Shown piece by piece: positions 20,389-30,196 of a DNA stretch of 33,135 nt; the first letter of the stretch is position 1, and each line of letters begins with the position of its first letter. This stretch comes from a bacterium (GTDB lineage Bacteria > Patescibacteriota > Gracilibacteria > BD1-5 > UBA2023), in NCBI GenBank assembly GCA_043778375.1, contig JAYWGH010000016.1, forward strand, positions 1-33,135, read 5' to 3'. A program made the position numbers and the translations under genes. The notes below the pieces were generated by a model, which was given only the letters and a program-made list of their open reading frames with translations, had not been told where the DNA came from and searched no databases.

Positions 20389-21276
20389 ATGCCCTACCAC
20401 ATTTACCTCCTCACTCCACCGAGTCAAAGCTCCACCTACCTCCCCCATCTCATTGAACACTGCGTACTTTGAGGAATACGAGATGGGAAAGAGTATTTTG
20501 AGGCACTCCAGTCAAGTGCAGAGAGCTACACATACTACACTTGCTTTACTCTAGATTGTGAGACTGCACAGGAGCTCGATAATTTTTGCGATCGCATCTG
20601 TAAAAATATACCCGATAATATCATCCGATACGAGGCAGCAGTACTCAAAAAAGAGATCGCGTATCCTCATTATTTCGGACTCCTCATCTCAAAAATTGGG
20701 AAGCACCTCTACGGACCTCAGTATAAGTATACCGAGACAGGTCGCCTCAGTCGTCAGGTACTGCGAGAGTATCACGCAAAATTCTACCAAAAGCAGAAGT
20801 TTATCGTACTCGAGCGAGACAATATTCTGCATGATATACCACTCGAGTGATACTGCTACCATGAATCATTTGAAGTAGTTATCAGATGAGCTCGAGAGCA
20901 TGTATTTGTCTGAGATTATAATCCTGAAGGGCTCCTCGTAAACGAGTTACTCCAAAATCTCTTTGATCACTACATAGAGTATGCGGCTCGATATACTACT
21001 GGTGAGTACTTCTCAAATGATACTCTCGCAGGAGAGTTTGAGGATCGAATATTTTTATCAGTAGATACAAAAAATAACCCCCTCCTGAGATCTATTCCTA
21101 CAGACTTTATAGCAGCGTTTGTGGCGAGTGAGCTTGCGAGATCCGATAACTCGCGTTATCGCGACATTGACGGACCACTGATGCTCAAGTACGGGTATAC
21201 CCTCTCTGAGAAGACTAAGAAGGAAATTATCGTGGGGATTGGAGGATATTATGAGGGGTGGCTAGATCAGATGTAA
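20389..21276 (+). CDS. M16 (insulinase)-like zinc peptidase, divergent
   Basis: HLIEH inverted zinc motif, YEAAVLKKE, LREYHAKFY; 4 in-frame TGA; invisible in the ORF track. Confidence 0.7.
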
Positions 21277-21358
21277 TAAATTCGAGTAAAGAAATATACG
21301 CTCATTTCTTGCCCAAAATTGACACATGCATATAATATGATCATCTAATATCTCCTAT

Positions 21359-22036
21359 ATGACCCCTATCATTCTCGACACTATACCCGAAAATACATTT
21401 GTCATTAGTTCACCTGAGCTCGGGTCTCAAAGTATAGGGAATAATCTCGGAGCTACTGAAATAGCTACTGAGAGAACTATTGCAGGACGAATCATCGAGA
21501 AGGCTCGTGGCGGAGTCGCAAGTGTTATTATTGCCAGTGCCTCAATAGTCGGAATATGAACTTCACCCCTAGAAGCTCAAGCTCAAGCCATGTGAGAAAC
21601 CACTGCACAGTGCCAAGCTCGTATCATTGCAACTTATGACACTAAGATAGCAGAACAAGTGAGCAAGTGAGAAGAATGAGAGAAACTCCGCCTCATCTTT
21701 GTAAAAGCAAAAGAGAAATTTATAGATGGATGTCTCGTAAATGATAAGATTGCAGCAGACAAGCAAACTATTGCAGCAGCAGATCAGAAAATTGCAGCAG
21801 ATAAACAAGCAATTGCAGCAGCAGATCAGAAAATTGCAGCAGCAGAAAGGAGTACTGAACTTATCAAAGAAGTAGGACTCATAGGAAATAAGATCGCTCT
21901 AGGAACTCATACGAGTGCAGATATTAAAAGAATGCAGATTATCCAAGCGGAGCTCAGAGCATTACCACAAACTCCAACTAGAATTGAGATAATAACTCGT
22001 ATATCGAGTATTCTCAGTCGACTCGGTATCGCATAA
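21359..22036 (+). CDS. hypothetical protein with hydrophobic segment and heptad coiled coil (225 aa)
   Basis: Open to TAA 22034-22036 with 4 TGA; upstream TTGCCC-N16-TATAAT (21309-21336). Confidence 0.75.
21746..21847 (+). repeat. 21-bp coding tandem repeat (~5 units)
   Basis: KIAADKQ TIAAADQ KIAADKQ AIAAADQ KIAAAE. Confidence 0.9.
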
Positions 22037-22076
22037 ATTTGCTATATGAGGATAAAATATAGTACACTAATAGTGT

Positions 22077-23798
22077 ATGACTTCTGAATCCCCAAAACTC
22101 AGTACTTCTCCAAATAGCTCGTGAAAAATTCATGAGCTACTGTCCGTTGCAAATGGGCAAGAGCTATCCACTTATCTATCAGGTTTAACTCCTATTGAAC
22201 AAGAAACTCAAAAAAGTAAGCTTGTACACGCTCTAAATACTGATAAAGAACTCCAAGATTATAAATTAACTGGGGATCAAAATTTGATCAACGATAAAGT
22301 GAATGAAATATTAAAAAATTTAGTGTCTCTACAAACAGGGCAAGAGAAGGTACAAACGTTGCAAGTAGTAGAACAGAAAGGGCAAGTAGTAGAACAAACA
22401 GGACAAATAAGAGTACAGAAAGGGCAAGTAGGAGAACAAACAGGACAAATAAGAGTACAGAAAGGGCAAGTAGTAGAACAGAAAGGGCAAGTAGATATTA
22501 AAGCTGGTATAGAAACAGCTGACTCCCTCAAATCAGCAGAACGAGCTCTCGATGCTAAGATTCTTGGTCTTACAGGTCGTTCAGGGAAAGATCTTATCCC
22601 AGACTACTCTACCAAAGTAGCTGCCGCAGAGCGAGAGCTCAGGAGCACAGGCAAAGACCCGACTCTCGCTACCGGTATGGTACTCCTCGCGAGCGAGACT
22701 GAGATCATACGCGCGATCCCTCCTGAGAAGCGGGCGGGTATCCCCGATCTCCAAAAGCAGTTTGCAGAGTTCCGCAAAAGCTCGGAGTCTCTCGGTCTTC
22801 CGAGCCGATCACCCGCATCGATAGCACTCGTAGAACCAAAGGTAACCCTCGAAGTTTACCAGAAAGTACGATCTGGTTTTGAGCCTCCCACTACCCCCGT
22901 ATATCTCCGTAATGGGGAGCTCCAGAGTCAATCGAGTCTCGGCCCAAACCGTACATTCATGAATCTTGAGACTGGAAAGCGTGATCGAGAACAGGGAGGA
23001 CTACGAATCCCGAGTAATGTCCCAGATCCAAGCCCTGATAGTCAGCAGACTCAAGCAAAGATAACCGACAAACAGTCCGAAAAAGCTCAACTCCTTTCCA
23101 GGGCCCCATCATACCTCAACGGAGTCGCTACTCTACTTGAGAGGGTTGATCCTACCGTACAGACTCCCCAGTTTTTAGCGCTTCGTCAGAGTCTCACCAC
23201 CCCAAATACTCAGGTCTCGAGTGCCCAGGCAGCTGGTCTCATCGAGCAGTACGCATGTAGTAGAGAATTTAGTACCCTACCAGAGGCAATTCGTAAGCAC
23301 TTTCTGGCAAGTGATGGACCGGTAGCAGGATACATAAAAACTCTCAAAACTGCAGAAGCTCGAGAGCAGGATATCGATAATCTGCGTAAAGAACTCCCAG
23401 ACAGGGAGGTAAAAGATCGTATCTGAGATCAAGACCAAGCAGTAGATGCCAATCTCGGCATGCTCGTGAGACTTGGGTTTAGTAAACTCGGACAAGGCAG
23501 TGATATACAGACAAACTACCAAAATATTCTTACAGAGTTAAACATTACGCGCAGAAATACCAATGCGAGTGGTAACATCATCGATACACAGAGATTTAGT
23601 GAAAATACTGGTACTGTTGAGCAGCTAAAAAGAGTTATTGGTGCCCTTCTCCCCGAGCAGTATCAAGCAGAGTACACTAGCTCAGGCTCACTCAGTCCGT
23701 CAGCTGCAGCATCTCTCCAACTCCGAGGAGTTATCAGCACAGATGAGATCAAAGCAGCGGCTAGCAAGGCGCTTTCGGGAGCTACTGAGACAAAGTAA
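22077..23798 (+). CDS. large hypothetical protein with heptad repeats (573 aa)
   Basis: ATG 22077, TGA read-through near the start and at 23424-23426, TAA 23796-23798. Confidence 0.78.
22332..22499 (+). repeat. 21-bp coding tandem repeat (~8 units)
   Basis: QTGQEKV QTLQVVE QKGQVVE QTGQIRV QKGQVGE QTGQIRV QKGQVVE QKGQVDI. Confidence 0.9.
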
Positions 23799-23807
23799 AA
23801 ACAATGT

Positions 23808-23981
23808 ATGACCGATAGTACTCTCGTTCTCACTTCATCTCAGCAAGATGACGAACCTTTGCAGACTCAGGCAGGGAGTAAACTCGAGCGGTACTTTACT
23901 CAGCGCACCGAGCTTGAATCAAGTCAACCCGTACTCAGTCTCGTAGATATAGACGCTCTCGTACATGAGTATCGCGTGTAA
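23808..23981 (+). CDS. small acidic hypothetical protein (57 aa)
   Basis: MTDSTLVLTSSQQDDEP...DIDALVHEYRV*; fills the gap between genes, host-like codons. Confidence 0.5.
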   Translation: MTDSTLVLTSSQQDDEPLQTQAGSKLERYFTQRTELESSQPVLSLVDIDALVHEYRV

Positions 23982-23982
23982 T

Positions 23983-24010
23983 TTGACACAAAAAGGTATA
24001 AAAATATACT
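23983..24010 (+). promoter_or_regulatory. predicted promoter TTGACA-N16-TATACT
   Basis: Near-consensus hexamers; ATG 24020 lies 9 nt downstream. Confidence 0.65.
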
Positions 24011-24019
24011 CTCTTGTGC

Positions 24020-24601
24020 ATGATATATACTATTTCCGATCTCCAAAGCACCTGGTGAGTCAATGGGAATACCCTTCGTAAGAGGATTATTTACCATATC
24101 CGCACCAAAAAACTCTTTCGACTCCGCAATTGACTCTACCGTACGACTGACTCAGACCCAGTATCCGAGAGAGAGCGACTCATAATAGCCAATAAGTCCC
24201 TCTCCCCATCATACCTGTCTTTTGAGACGGCGCTCATGTATCATGGGATCATATCCCAGCACACGAGCATAGTAACTCTCGCACACCATAGGGCTCGCCA
24301 TATACAGATAGACCTGATAGACCAGTCTCCCATCATCATCGAGTCTCGCCGACTCCCCCAGGAGATGCTCTACAATCCACTCGGTATAGAGTTTACCCCC
24401 GAGTTTACCATCGCAGGCCCTGAGAGAGCGATAGCAGATATGCTCCACCGATCTCCACATACATATTTTGACAATATAGAAGATCTCGACCCTCTCCTCC
24501 TGCAAAGGCTTGCAGACGAGTATCTCACTCGGTCCCCACGAGCTAGGGCAGAAATTCATACACTTCTCAATCATGCAAACGAATATACAAGCCTGGTCTA
24601 G
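24020..24601 (+). CDS. type IV TA AbiEi-like antitoxin, copy 1
   Basis: LFRLRNG(TGA)LY, ANK..PSYLSFETALMYHGII, IAGPERAIADML; 2 in-frame TGA. Confidence 0.85.
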
Positions 24602-25331
24602 TGCACACCGCGCTGCGATGTCACTCTTCCTCGTGACTCTCGGGAAGTCTGCATTTTCAAGTGTTTTCGGATTTAAAGGTGGGACGGTGCTCATGTTTTT
24701 TTATGGACTCGAGAGGTTTTCGGTGGATCTCGACTTTGACTATCTCAGTACAGAGGGGCACATGAGTGTCGCTCGTGATCTCACTGCATGGATAGGCAAA
24801 AATTTTCCAACTTGGGTGATAAAAAATAGCACAAAAGACAATATCCCCACCATCAAAATATTTTGCGACTATGGTCTGGACCGCAAGCTAAAAATAGAAA
24901 TATCCTGGCCTGTCTGCCCAAACCACTATGAGCTTCGAGAGCTCTATGGTGCACCACTCAAGGTTATGAGAGCGGATTGTATGTTTGCAAACAAGCTCAT
25001 TGCTGTCTACTCAAGATATACAAAACGAGAACGGATAGCCAACAGAGACCTTTATGATGTAGAGTTTTTTGCCCGCAAAAATATCCTCCCAAGCAGTACT
25101 GTCATACGCTGCCGTACTGCCCGCATGGAGATAGGTGCGATGAGCACACGAGAGTATTTGGTTTTTCTAAAGCAGTTTCTCGTGACAGAGCAAAGATCTA
25201 TTGAGCCAAATATCCTTGATGGTCTCGGAGATCTCATCGTATCAAGTGCCGAGAGACAGCGCCTCCAGAGTCATCTTTTTGGTGATGTGCAGGGCTCTCT
25301 CGCACGCCTGATCGACCTCAGTAGTGAGTAG
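24573..25331 (+). CDS. AbiEii/AbiGii nucleotidyltransferase toxin
   Basis: FKGGT, LERFSVDLDF, KIEIS, ANKLIA, RDLYD. Confidence 0.92.
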   Translation: MQTNIQAWSSAHRAAMSLFLVTLGKSAFSSVFGFKGGTVLMFFYGLERFSVDLDFDYLSTEGHMSVARDLTAWIGKNFPTWVIKNSTKDNIPTIKIFCDYGLDRKLKIEISWPVCPNHYELRELYGAPLKVMRADCMFANKLIAVYSRYTKRERIANRDLYDVEFFARKNILPSSTVIRCRTARMEIGAMSTREYLVFLKQFLVTEQRSIEPNILDGLGDLIVSSAERQRLQSHLFGDVQGSLARLIDLSSE

Positions 25332-25390
25332 TGCATACTTCCCCTTGAGTAATCCCTCCGAGACGATAAAATAATTGCTCTCAATCTCCC

Positions 25391-25984
25391 ATGATATTCT
25401 CCCTCTCAGACCTCAAGCTTCGATGGAGTCTCAAAGGTAAAAAGCTCCAGCATCGCATCCACTATCATATGGGGACGGGCGAGCTCGTGATGATAAAAAA
25501 GGATCTCTTCTCGACTATAAGCCTAGAAAAACTCGAGTACTTTGACTTTTGTGCACTCGCAAACAAAGTCGTCACCCCGTCGTATGTATCCTTTGAGAGC
25601 GCGCTCATCCACTACGGAGTTGTGTTCCCATTTAACGATCGTATCAGCGTGGCATACCCTCTCTCCAAAAGAGTAAAGCTCGATATACTCGGGCGCCCCT
25701 CACTCGTGATCCGAGCTGAGGCACTCCCTACAGAAGTCCTCGCCAATCCTCTCGGGATCACTCAGATAGATGGAATATTCATCGCCTCACGAGAGCGCGC
25801 TGTGGCAGATATCCTCCACCGATCACCCGAGTATTGGTTTGATAGTCCTGAGTCGATCGACCTGGAGCTCCTCGAGACGATGACCTGTGTATACACTCCA
25901 GTATCCGAGACCACTCCTGGAGTGATACGGGATTTTATTGCAAAGATGCAGATGCTACGCTCTGCTGCAGCTACTCAAAAATAA
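25391..25984 (+). CDS. type IV TA AbiEi-like antitoxin, copy 2
   Basis: ANKVVTPSYVSFESALIHYGVV, IASRERAVADIL; paralog of 24020-24601; own TTGAGT-N16-TAAAAT at 25345-25372. Confidence 0.85.
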   Translation: MIFSLSDLKLRWSLKGKKLQHRIHYHMGTGELVMIKKDLFSTISLEKLEYFDFCALANKVVTPSYVSFESALIHYGVVFPFNDRISVAYPLSKRVKLDILGRPSLVIRAEALPTEVLANPLGITQIDGIFIASRERAVADILHRSPEYWFDSPESIDLELLETMTCVYTPVSETTPGVIRDFIAKMQMLRSAAATQK

Positions 25985-25985
25985 T

Positions 25986-26099
25986 TGCAGACCCGTTTAG
26001 TCTGAGTTTTATCCAGGTAAATGCAAGTATAACCCGTAAGGATCATTAGTGAGTCAGTAGCAGAGTAAATTACCTCTGCAGACCCATTTAGTACGAGTT
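25986..26099. repeat. imperfect 23-bp direct repeat pair
   Basis: TGCAGACCCGTTTAGTCTGAGTT (25986-26008) vs TGCAGACCCATTTAGTACGAGTT (26077-26099), 20/23 identical. Confidence 0.75.
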
Positions 26100-26745
26100 A
26101 CCCCCCAAGCTTGATGGTACGACCAGCGCGAGCCGCCACCACTGGGTCATGTGTGATCATTAGGATCGTACTCCCTGTCTCGCTGTGGAGCTCCTCAAGG
26201 AGACTCATGATGCGATCCGCATTGATGCGATCGAGGTTACCAGTTGGCTCATCCGCATAGAGATATGGGAGTTTACCCACAAAGGCTCTCGCGATTGCGA
26301 CTCGCTGTCTCTCCCCTCCCGAGAGGCTATCTGGATACCGATTTGCCTTACCCGTGAGTCCGACTCGCGCGAGGATCTCCTCGAGATCATACGCCCGCTC
26401 TACTGATCGATTGATATCGAGAGGGAGCTCGATATTCTCCCGCACGGTGAGAGTTGGGATGAGCTCAAAAGTCTGGAATATATATGCAATATTCGCTCCT
26501 CGAAAGGCCGTAATCTCCTCACTCCCTCGGAGTCCCGTAAGAGAGCGTGACCCGATCATAATATCTCCCGCATCTGGAGCAATGAGCCCACTCGCAAGAC
26601 CGAGCAGGGTAGATTTACCAGAGCCCGATGGCCCCATAATGGCAACGAATTCTCCTGTCTTGATCTGAAAAGAAAAATCCTTAAATATCTCAGTAGTCTC
26701 GCCAGCTACGGTATAGGACTTATAAACATTTGAAAATTGTATCAT
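26098..26745 (-). CDS. ABC transporter ATP-binding protein (YbbA/LolD type)
   Basis: GPSGSGKST, LSGGERQRVAIARA, ADEPTGNLD. Confidence 0.95.
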   Translation of the reverse strand: MIQFSNVYKSYTVAGETTEIFKDFSFQIKTGEFVAIMGPSGSGKSTLLGLASGLIAPDAGDIMIGSRSLTGLRGSEEITAFRGANIAYIFQTFELIPTLTVRENIELPLDINRSVERAYDLEEILARVGLTGKANRYPDSLSGGERQRVAIARAFVGKLPYLYADEPTGNLDRINADRIMSLLEELHSETGSTILMITHDPVVAARAGRTIKLGG

Positions 26746-26748
26746 GAG

Positions 26749-27414
26749 TTATTTGGTAATGAGTGAGTTTTTAAGGAGTGAGTCGAAGACATTTTTGGCA
26801 ACTATTGCATACCCCTCACGAGTAGGGTGGATACCGTCCCCAAGATTGAGAGCAGGTACAGCCGCGACATCCTGGAGAAAGAACTCCATCAGTGGCACTT
26901 TGAACTCGTCAGCAAGTCGTGGGTAAATGCTCTCAAACTTTGCGCCATACGCTCGTCCGAGATTTGGAGGAGCTTTCATCCCCGTCAGGAGAGTAGGAAT
27001 ACGCAGATCCACGAGTTTTTTGAGAATTGACCGGATATTTGCCTCGGTCGTACTTGGATCAATGCCCTGAAAGGCATCATTTGCCCCGATCTCCACGATC
27101 GCAAGAGTCGGATGCTCTACAGGATCAGTCCCGATCGTCCAGTCGAGACGAGCAAGGAGCTGCGCAGTCGTATCTCCTGATATCCCTGCATTTCGTACGC
27201 TATGGGAGTATCCCTCTGCCCGCAACAGTGCCTCGAGTTGCACGGTATAACTCTCCTCAGGTGGGAGATTGTATCCTGCAGTGAGGGAGTCGCCAAGTGC
27301 GAGGATGATAGGGGTTTTGCCGTTCGTAGGCATTACAGGAGTTACTTTCTCAGGAGTACTCCCGCATCCAGTCAGGATCATAGTAGTGAAGAGTAGAGAT
27401 AAAAGCTTGATCAT
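26749..27414 (-). CDS. arylesterase / acyl-CoA thioesterase I (TesA-like SGNH lipoprotein)
   Basis: LTGC lipobox, GDSLTAGY, NAGISGDTT, GAND, DGIHP. Confidence 0.92.
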   Translation of the reverse strand: MIKLLSLLFTTMILTGCGSTPEKVTPVMPTNGKTPIILALGDSLTAGYNLPPEESYTVQLEALLRAEGYSHSVRNAGISGDTTAQLLARLDWTIGTDPVEHPTLAIVEIGANDAFQGIDPSTTEANIRSILKKLVDLRIPTLLTGMKAPPNLGRAYGAKFESIYPRLADEFKVPLMEFFLQDVAAVPALNLGDGIHPTREGYAIVAKNVFDSLLKNSLITK

Positions 27415-27422
27415 AAATGGTT

Positions 27423-28583
27423 TTATGCAAATACTCTGCGTCTGAGCATCACGAGAATACCAATCACTGCCCCAAAGTAAATACCACCCGCCACATAAAA
27501 TGGCAGCACATGCGCATGGGAGTACAGCACGCCCGCAAGAGTCGGTCCGATAATATTCCCTACACTCATCGCCGAGCTATTGAGTCCGAGGTACGCACCT
27601 ACTCGTCCCCCAGCGCGAGCCGATATGAGGGCTCCGATCGCGGGCATGATGCTCCCATTTCATATTGCTAAAAGTGGGGTCAAAAACCAGAGATACAAAC
27701 TTGCTGGTGAAAATGCAAAAAGTGGGAGGGCAATAGTGAGAATACCAAACCCCATAATGAGGAGTGGCACTTCTGTCATGTATCGCCGTACCCATCGCAT
27801 CGCAAGTCACTGATAGAGTATCGCTGAGATCCCCACTATGATGAGAACATACGATATCATCGTCGCACTAAAGGCAAAAGTATCCGTCAAATACTGTCCC
27901 GAGAGACTTTGGATCGGGGCAAATCCTACAGCCGAGAGAAATGTGAGCGAGAGGAGGAGTATAAATCTCGGACTAAACTCTATCTTTACCGCCTCTGCCT
28001 CTGGAGTCTTCACCCTCACCGGCTCTGGAAGGAGAAGATAGATGAGGATGAGGTTGAGTGAAGCCGCTACCACTCCCGCAAGTGCTACTATGTGGAGTCC
28101 AAAAGGCGCAAGAATCCCCCCAATTGCAGGTCCCACCAAAAACGCAATTCCAAACATCGCGCCAATGAGTCCAATATTTTTGGCGCGATCAGCAGGAGCT
28201 GATATATCACTCATGTACGCCTGGATGACGGCGATCCCCCCTCCGGCGAGTCCCGCGATAAACCTCCCAATGAGAAACAGTGGAAATCCACTCGCAAGCA
28301 GTAAAAACAAGAATCCTCATATATTCGCACTTGTCGTCATCATTATCGCAGCTCTGCGCCCGAGGGTATCAGACCATTTCCCAAAAAAGAATCCCCCGAT
28401 AAATGTCCCAAGCGCAAATACCGCCATACTATACCCAACCCACTCCCCTCCTACGCCAAACCCAGCAACAATCGCAGGAAATGACGGGATGAGTATCCCA
28501 AGTCCCACAATATCCAAAAATGCCGTGAGGAGTATGAGCGGGAATTGGAAGCGCTGGAAGCGCTTTGAGAGGGAGAGATTCAT
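27423..28583 (-). CDS. MFS transporter (TetA/DHA1-like)
   Basis: DIVGLGILIP, GKWSDTLGRR, GRFIAG, GPAIGG; three ORFs joined by TGA. Confidence 0.92.
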
Positions 28584-28701
28584 ATAAAAAGATGCTGGAT
28601 CATATTCAATGCGAGCCAAAAGTACAGGGACGAGATTTTAAAATGAGTTTGGTGGATCAGGATTTTATGGCTATACTCCCCAGTTATTTCTAAATCATCT
28701 T

Positions 28702-29226
28702 ATGACCCAATCCACCTACCAAGACGGTATCGCTCTCGCTCACCGCGTCCTCCTCCAAACTCGCCACCTTCTCACGCTCGCCCAAAAGCAAGTCGGTGAG
28801 ACAGATCTCACTGAAGGCACTGTCCTCGAGGCAAAACTCGCCCCAGATATGTTTGCCTTCGCCAAGCAGGTACAGCTCGTCTCTGACAACGCCAAGGGCC
28901 TCTACGGTCGAGTTACGGGTCAGGCAGTTCCGAGTATGCAGGATACTGAGGCAAGCATCGACGAGCTCCTCGCTCGCATCGATACTACCATTGCGTATGT
29001 CTCTGGTGGTCACGCGGTACTCAGCGACTCTGAGATCGAAAGTCTTGCTATCTCGTTTCCTTGGATGCCCGGCAAGCAGATCAGTGGCCACGACTATCTC
29101 GTAGATCTCGCGATCCCAAACCTGTATTTTCACTTTTCGATGGTGTACGCGATCCTCCGGGCTCAGGGCATATCAGTGGGCAAGATGGACTACCTCGGAG
29201 ATGTACGATTTGTAGACGCCGCCTAG
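28702..29226 (+). CDS. DUF1993 family protein
   Basis: LAPDMFAFAKQVQ, PNLYFHFSMVYAILRAQGISVGKMDYLG. Confidence 0.9.
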   Translation: MTQSTYQDGIALAHRVLLQTRHLLTLAQKQVGETDLTEGTVLEAKLAPDMFAFAKQVQLVSDNAKGLYGRVTGQAVPSMQDTEASIDELLARIDTTIAYVSGGHAVLSDSEIESLAISFPWMPGKQISGHDYLVDLAIPNLYFHFSMVYAILRAQGISVGKMDYLGDVRFVDAA

Positions 29227-29241
29227 TTACCACTCTCACTC

Positions 29242-30186
29242 ATGACCACTGCACCTGCACTGCGCATTCGCAATCTCAAAAAAGTATACGACAACGGATT
29301 TGAAGCCCTCAAAGGCATCTCTCTCGATATCCCAGTCGGAGGATTTTACGCGCTCCTCGGCCCAAACGGAGCCGGTAAATCTACCACCATCGGGATAGTC
29401 ACCGGGATCATAAATCCAACTGATGGAGATATCGAAGTATTTGGGGTCAATACCAAGGACGATCCAGTCTACTGCAAGAGTCAGATCGGGGTGGTGGCGC
29501 AGGAGTTTAATTTTGGGATATTTGATAGTGTACTCGATATTGTCATCACTCAGGCTGGATACTATGGTATTTCTCGAGCCAAGGCTCTCCCGATCGCCGA
29601 GCGCAGGCTCAAGGAGCTCCTCTTATGGGAAAAGCGAAACGATCAAGCTCGTACGCTCTCTGGAGGGATGAAGCGCCGTCTCATGATCGCACGCGCCCTC
29701 ATCCATGAGCCACGACTCCTCATCCTCGATGAGCCGACAGCGGGAGTGGATATAGAGCTCCGACATGGGATGTGGGAATTTTTACAAGAGCTATCCGCCT
29801 CTGGAGTGACAATCATCCTCACGACGCACTACCTCGAGGAGGCAGAGGCACTCTGCGATCGCTTGGCGATCATCGACCATGGGGAGATCATCCGCGAGGG
29901 GGCTATGCGAGAGCTCCTCTCTGGGGCCCAAAACGAGACTTTTATCATCGACACACCAACGGGAGCTGAGGAAGTGATCATCTCGAGCCCAGAGACGATA
30001 GGTGCGGTGGTTGCGCGGCGTGTGGCGAGTGGGGCTCAGGTGACAGGAGTTCGCAGTAAATCCAATCGCCTCGAGGCACTCTTTCTCGAGCTTACTAATC
30101 GTGGGAAAAGCGGACCAACTGCCAAAAAATCCTCACAATCGCCAGATAAAACTGTAGCCAAAAAGTCTCGTCCCCTCAATAAATAA
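29242..30186 (+). CDS. ABC transporter ATP-binding protein (YadG-like)
   Basis: GPNGAGKST, LSGGMKRRLMIARAL, LDEPTAGVD, NRLEALF. Confidence 0.95.
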   Translation: MTTAPALRIRNLKKVYDNGFEALKGISLDIPVGGFYALLGPNGAGKSTTIGIVTGIINPTDGDIEVFGVNTKDDPVYCKSQIGVVAQEFNFGIFDSVLDIVITQAGYYGISRAKALPIAERRLKELLLWEKRNDQARTLSGGMKRRLMIARALIHEPRLLILDEPTAGVDIELRHGMWEFLQELSASGVTIILTTHYLEEAEALCDRLAIIDHGEIIREGAMRELLSGAQNETFIIDTPTGAEEVIISSPETIGAVVARRVASGAQVTGVRSKSNRLEALFLELTNRGKSGPTAKKSSQSPDKTVAKKSRPLNK

Positions 30187-30196
30187 TTAGTTCACT

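Noticed and set aside
20373-20554. RelE C-terminal fusion domain
   Set aside because: It overlaps the M16-like gene in another frame and is better explained by a 1-nt shift in an A run
21746-22499. Tandem repeats as a CRISPR array
   Set aside because: Contiguous 21-bp in-frame coding units with no unique spacers and no cas genes
22277-22531. Cys-rich minus-strand ORF (CPFCS repeats) resembling a metallothionein
   Set aside because: Antisense shadow of the QKGQ coding repeat
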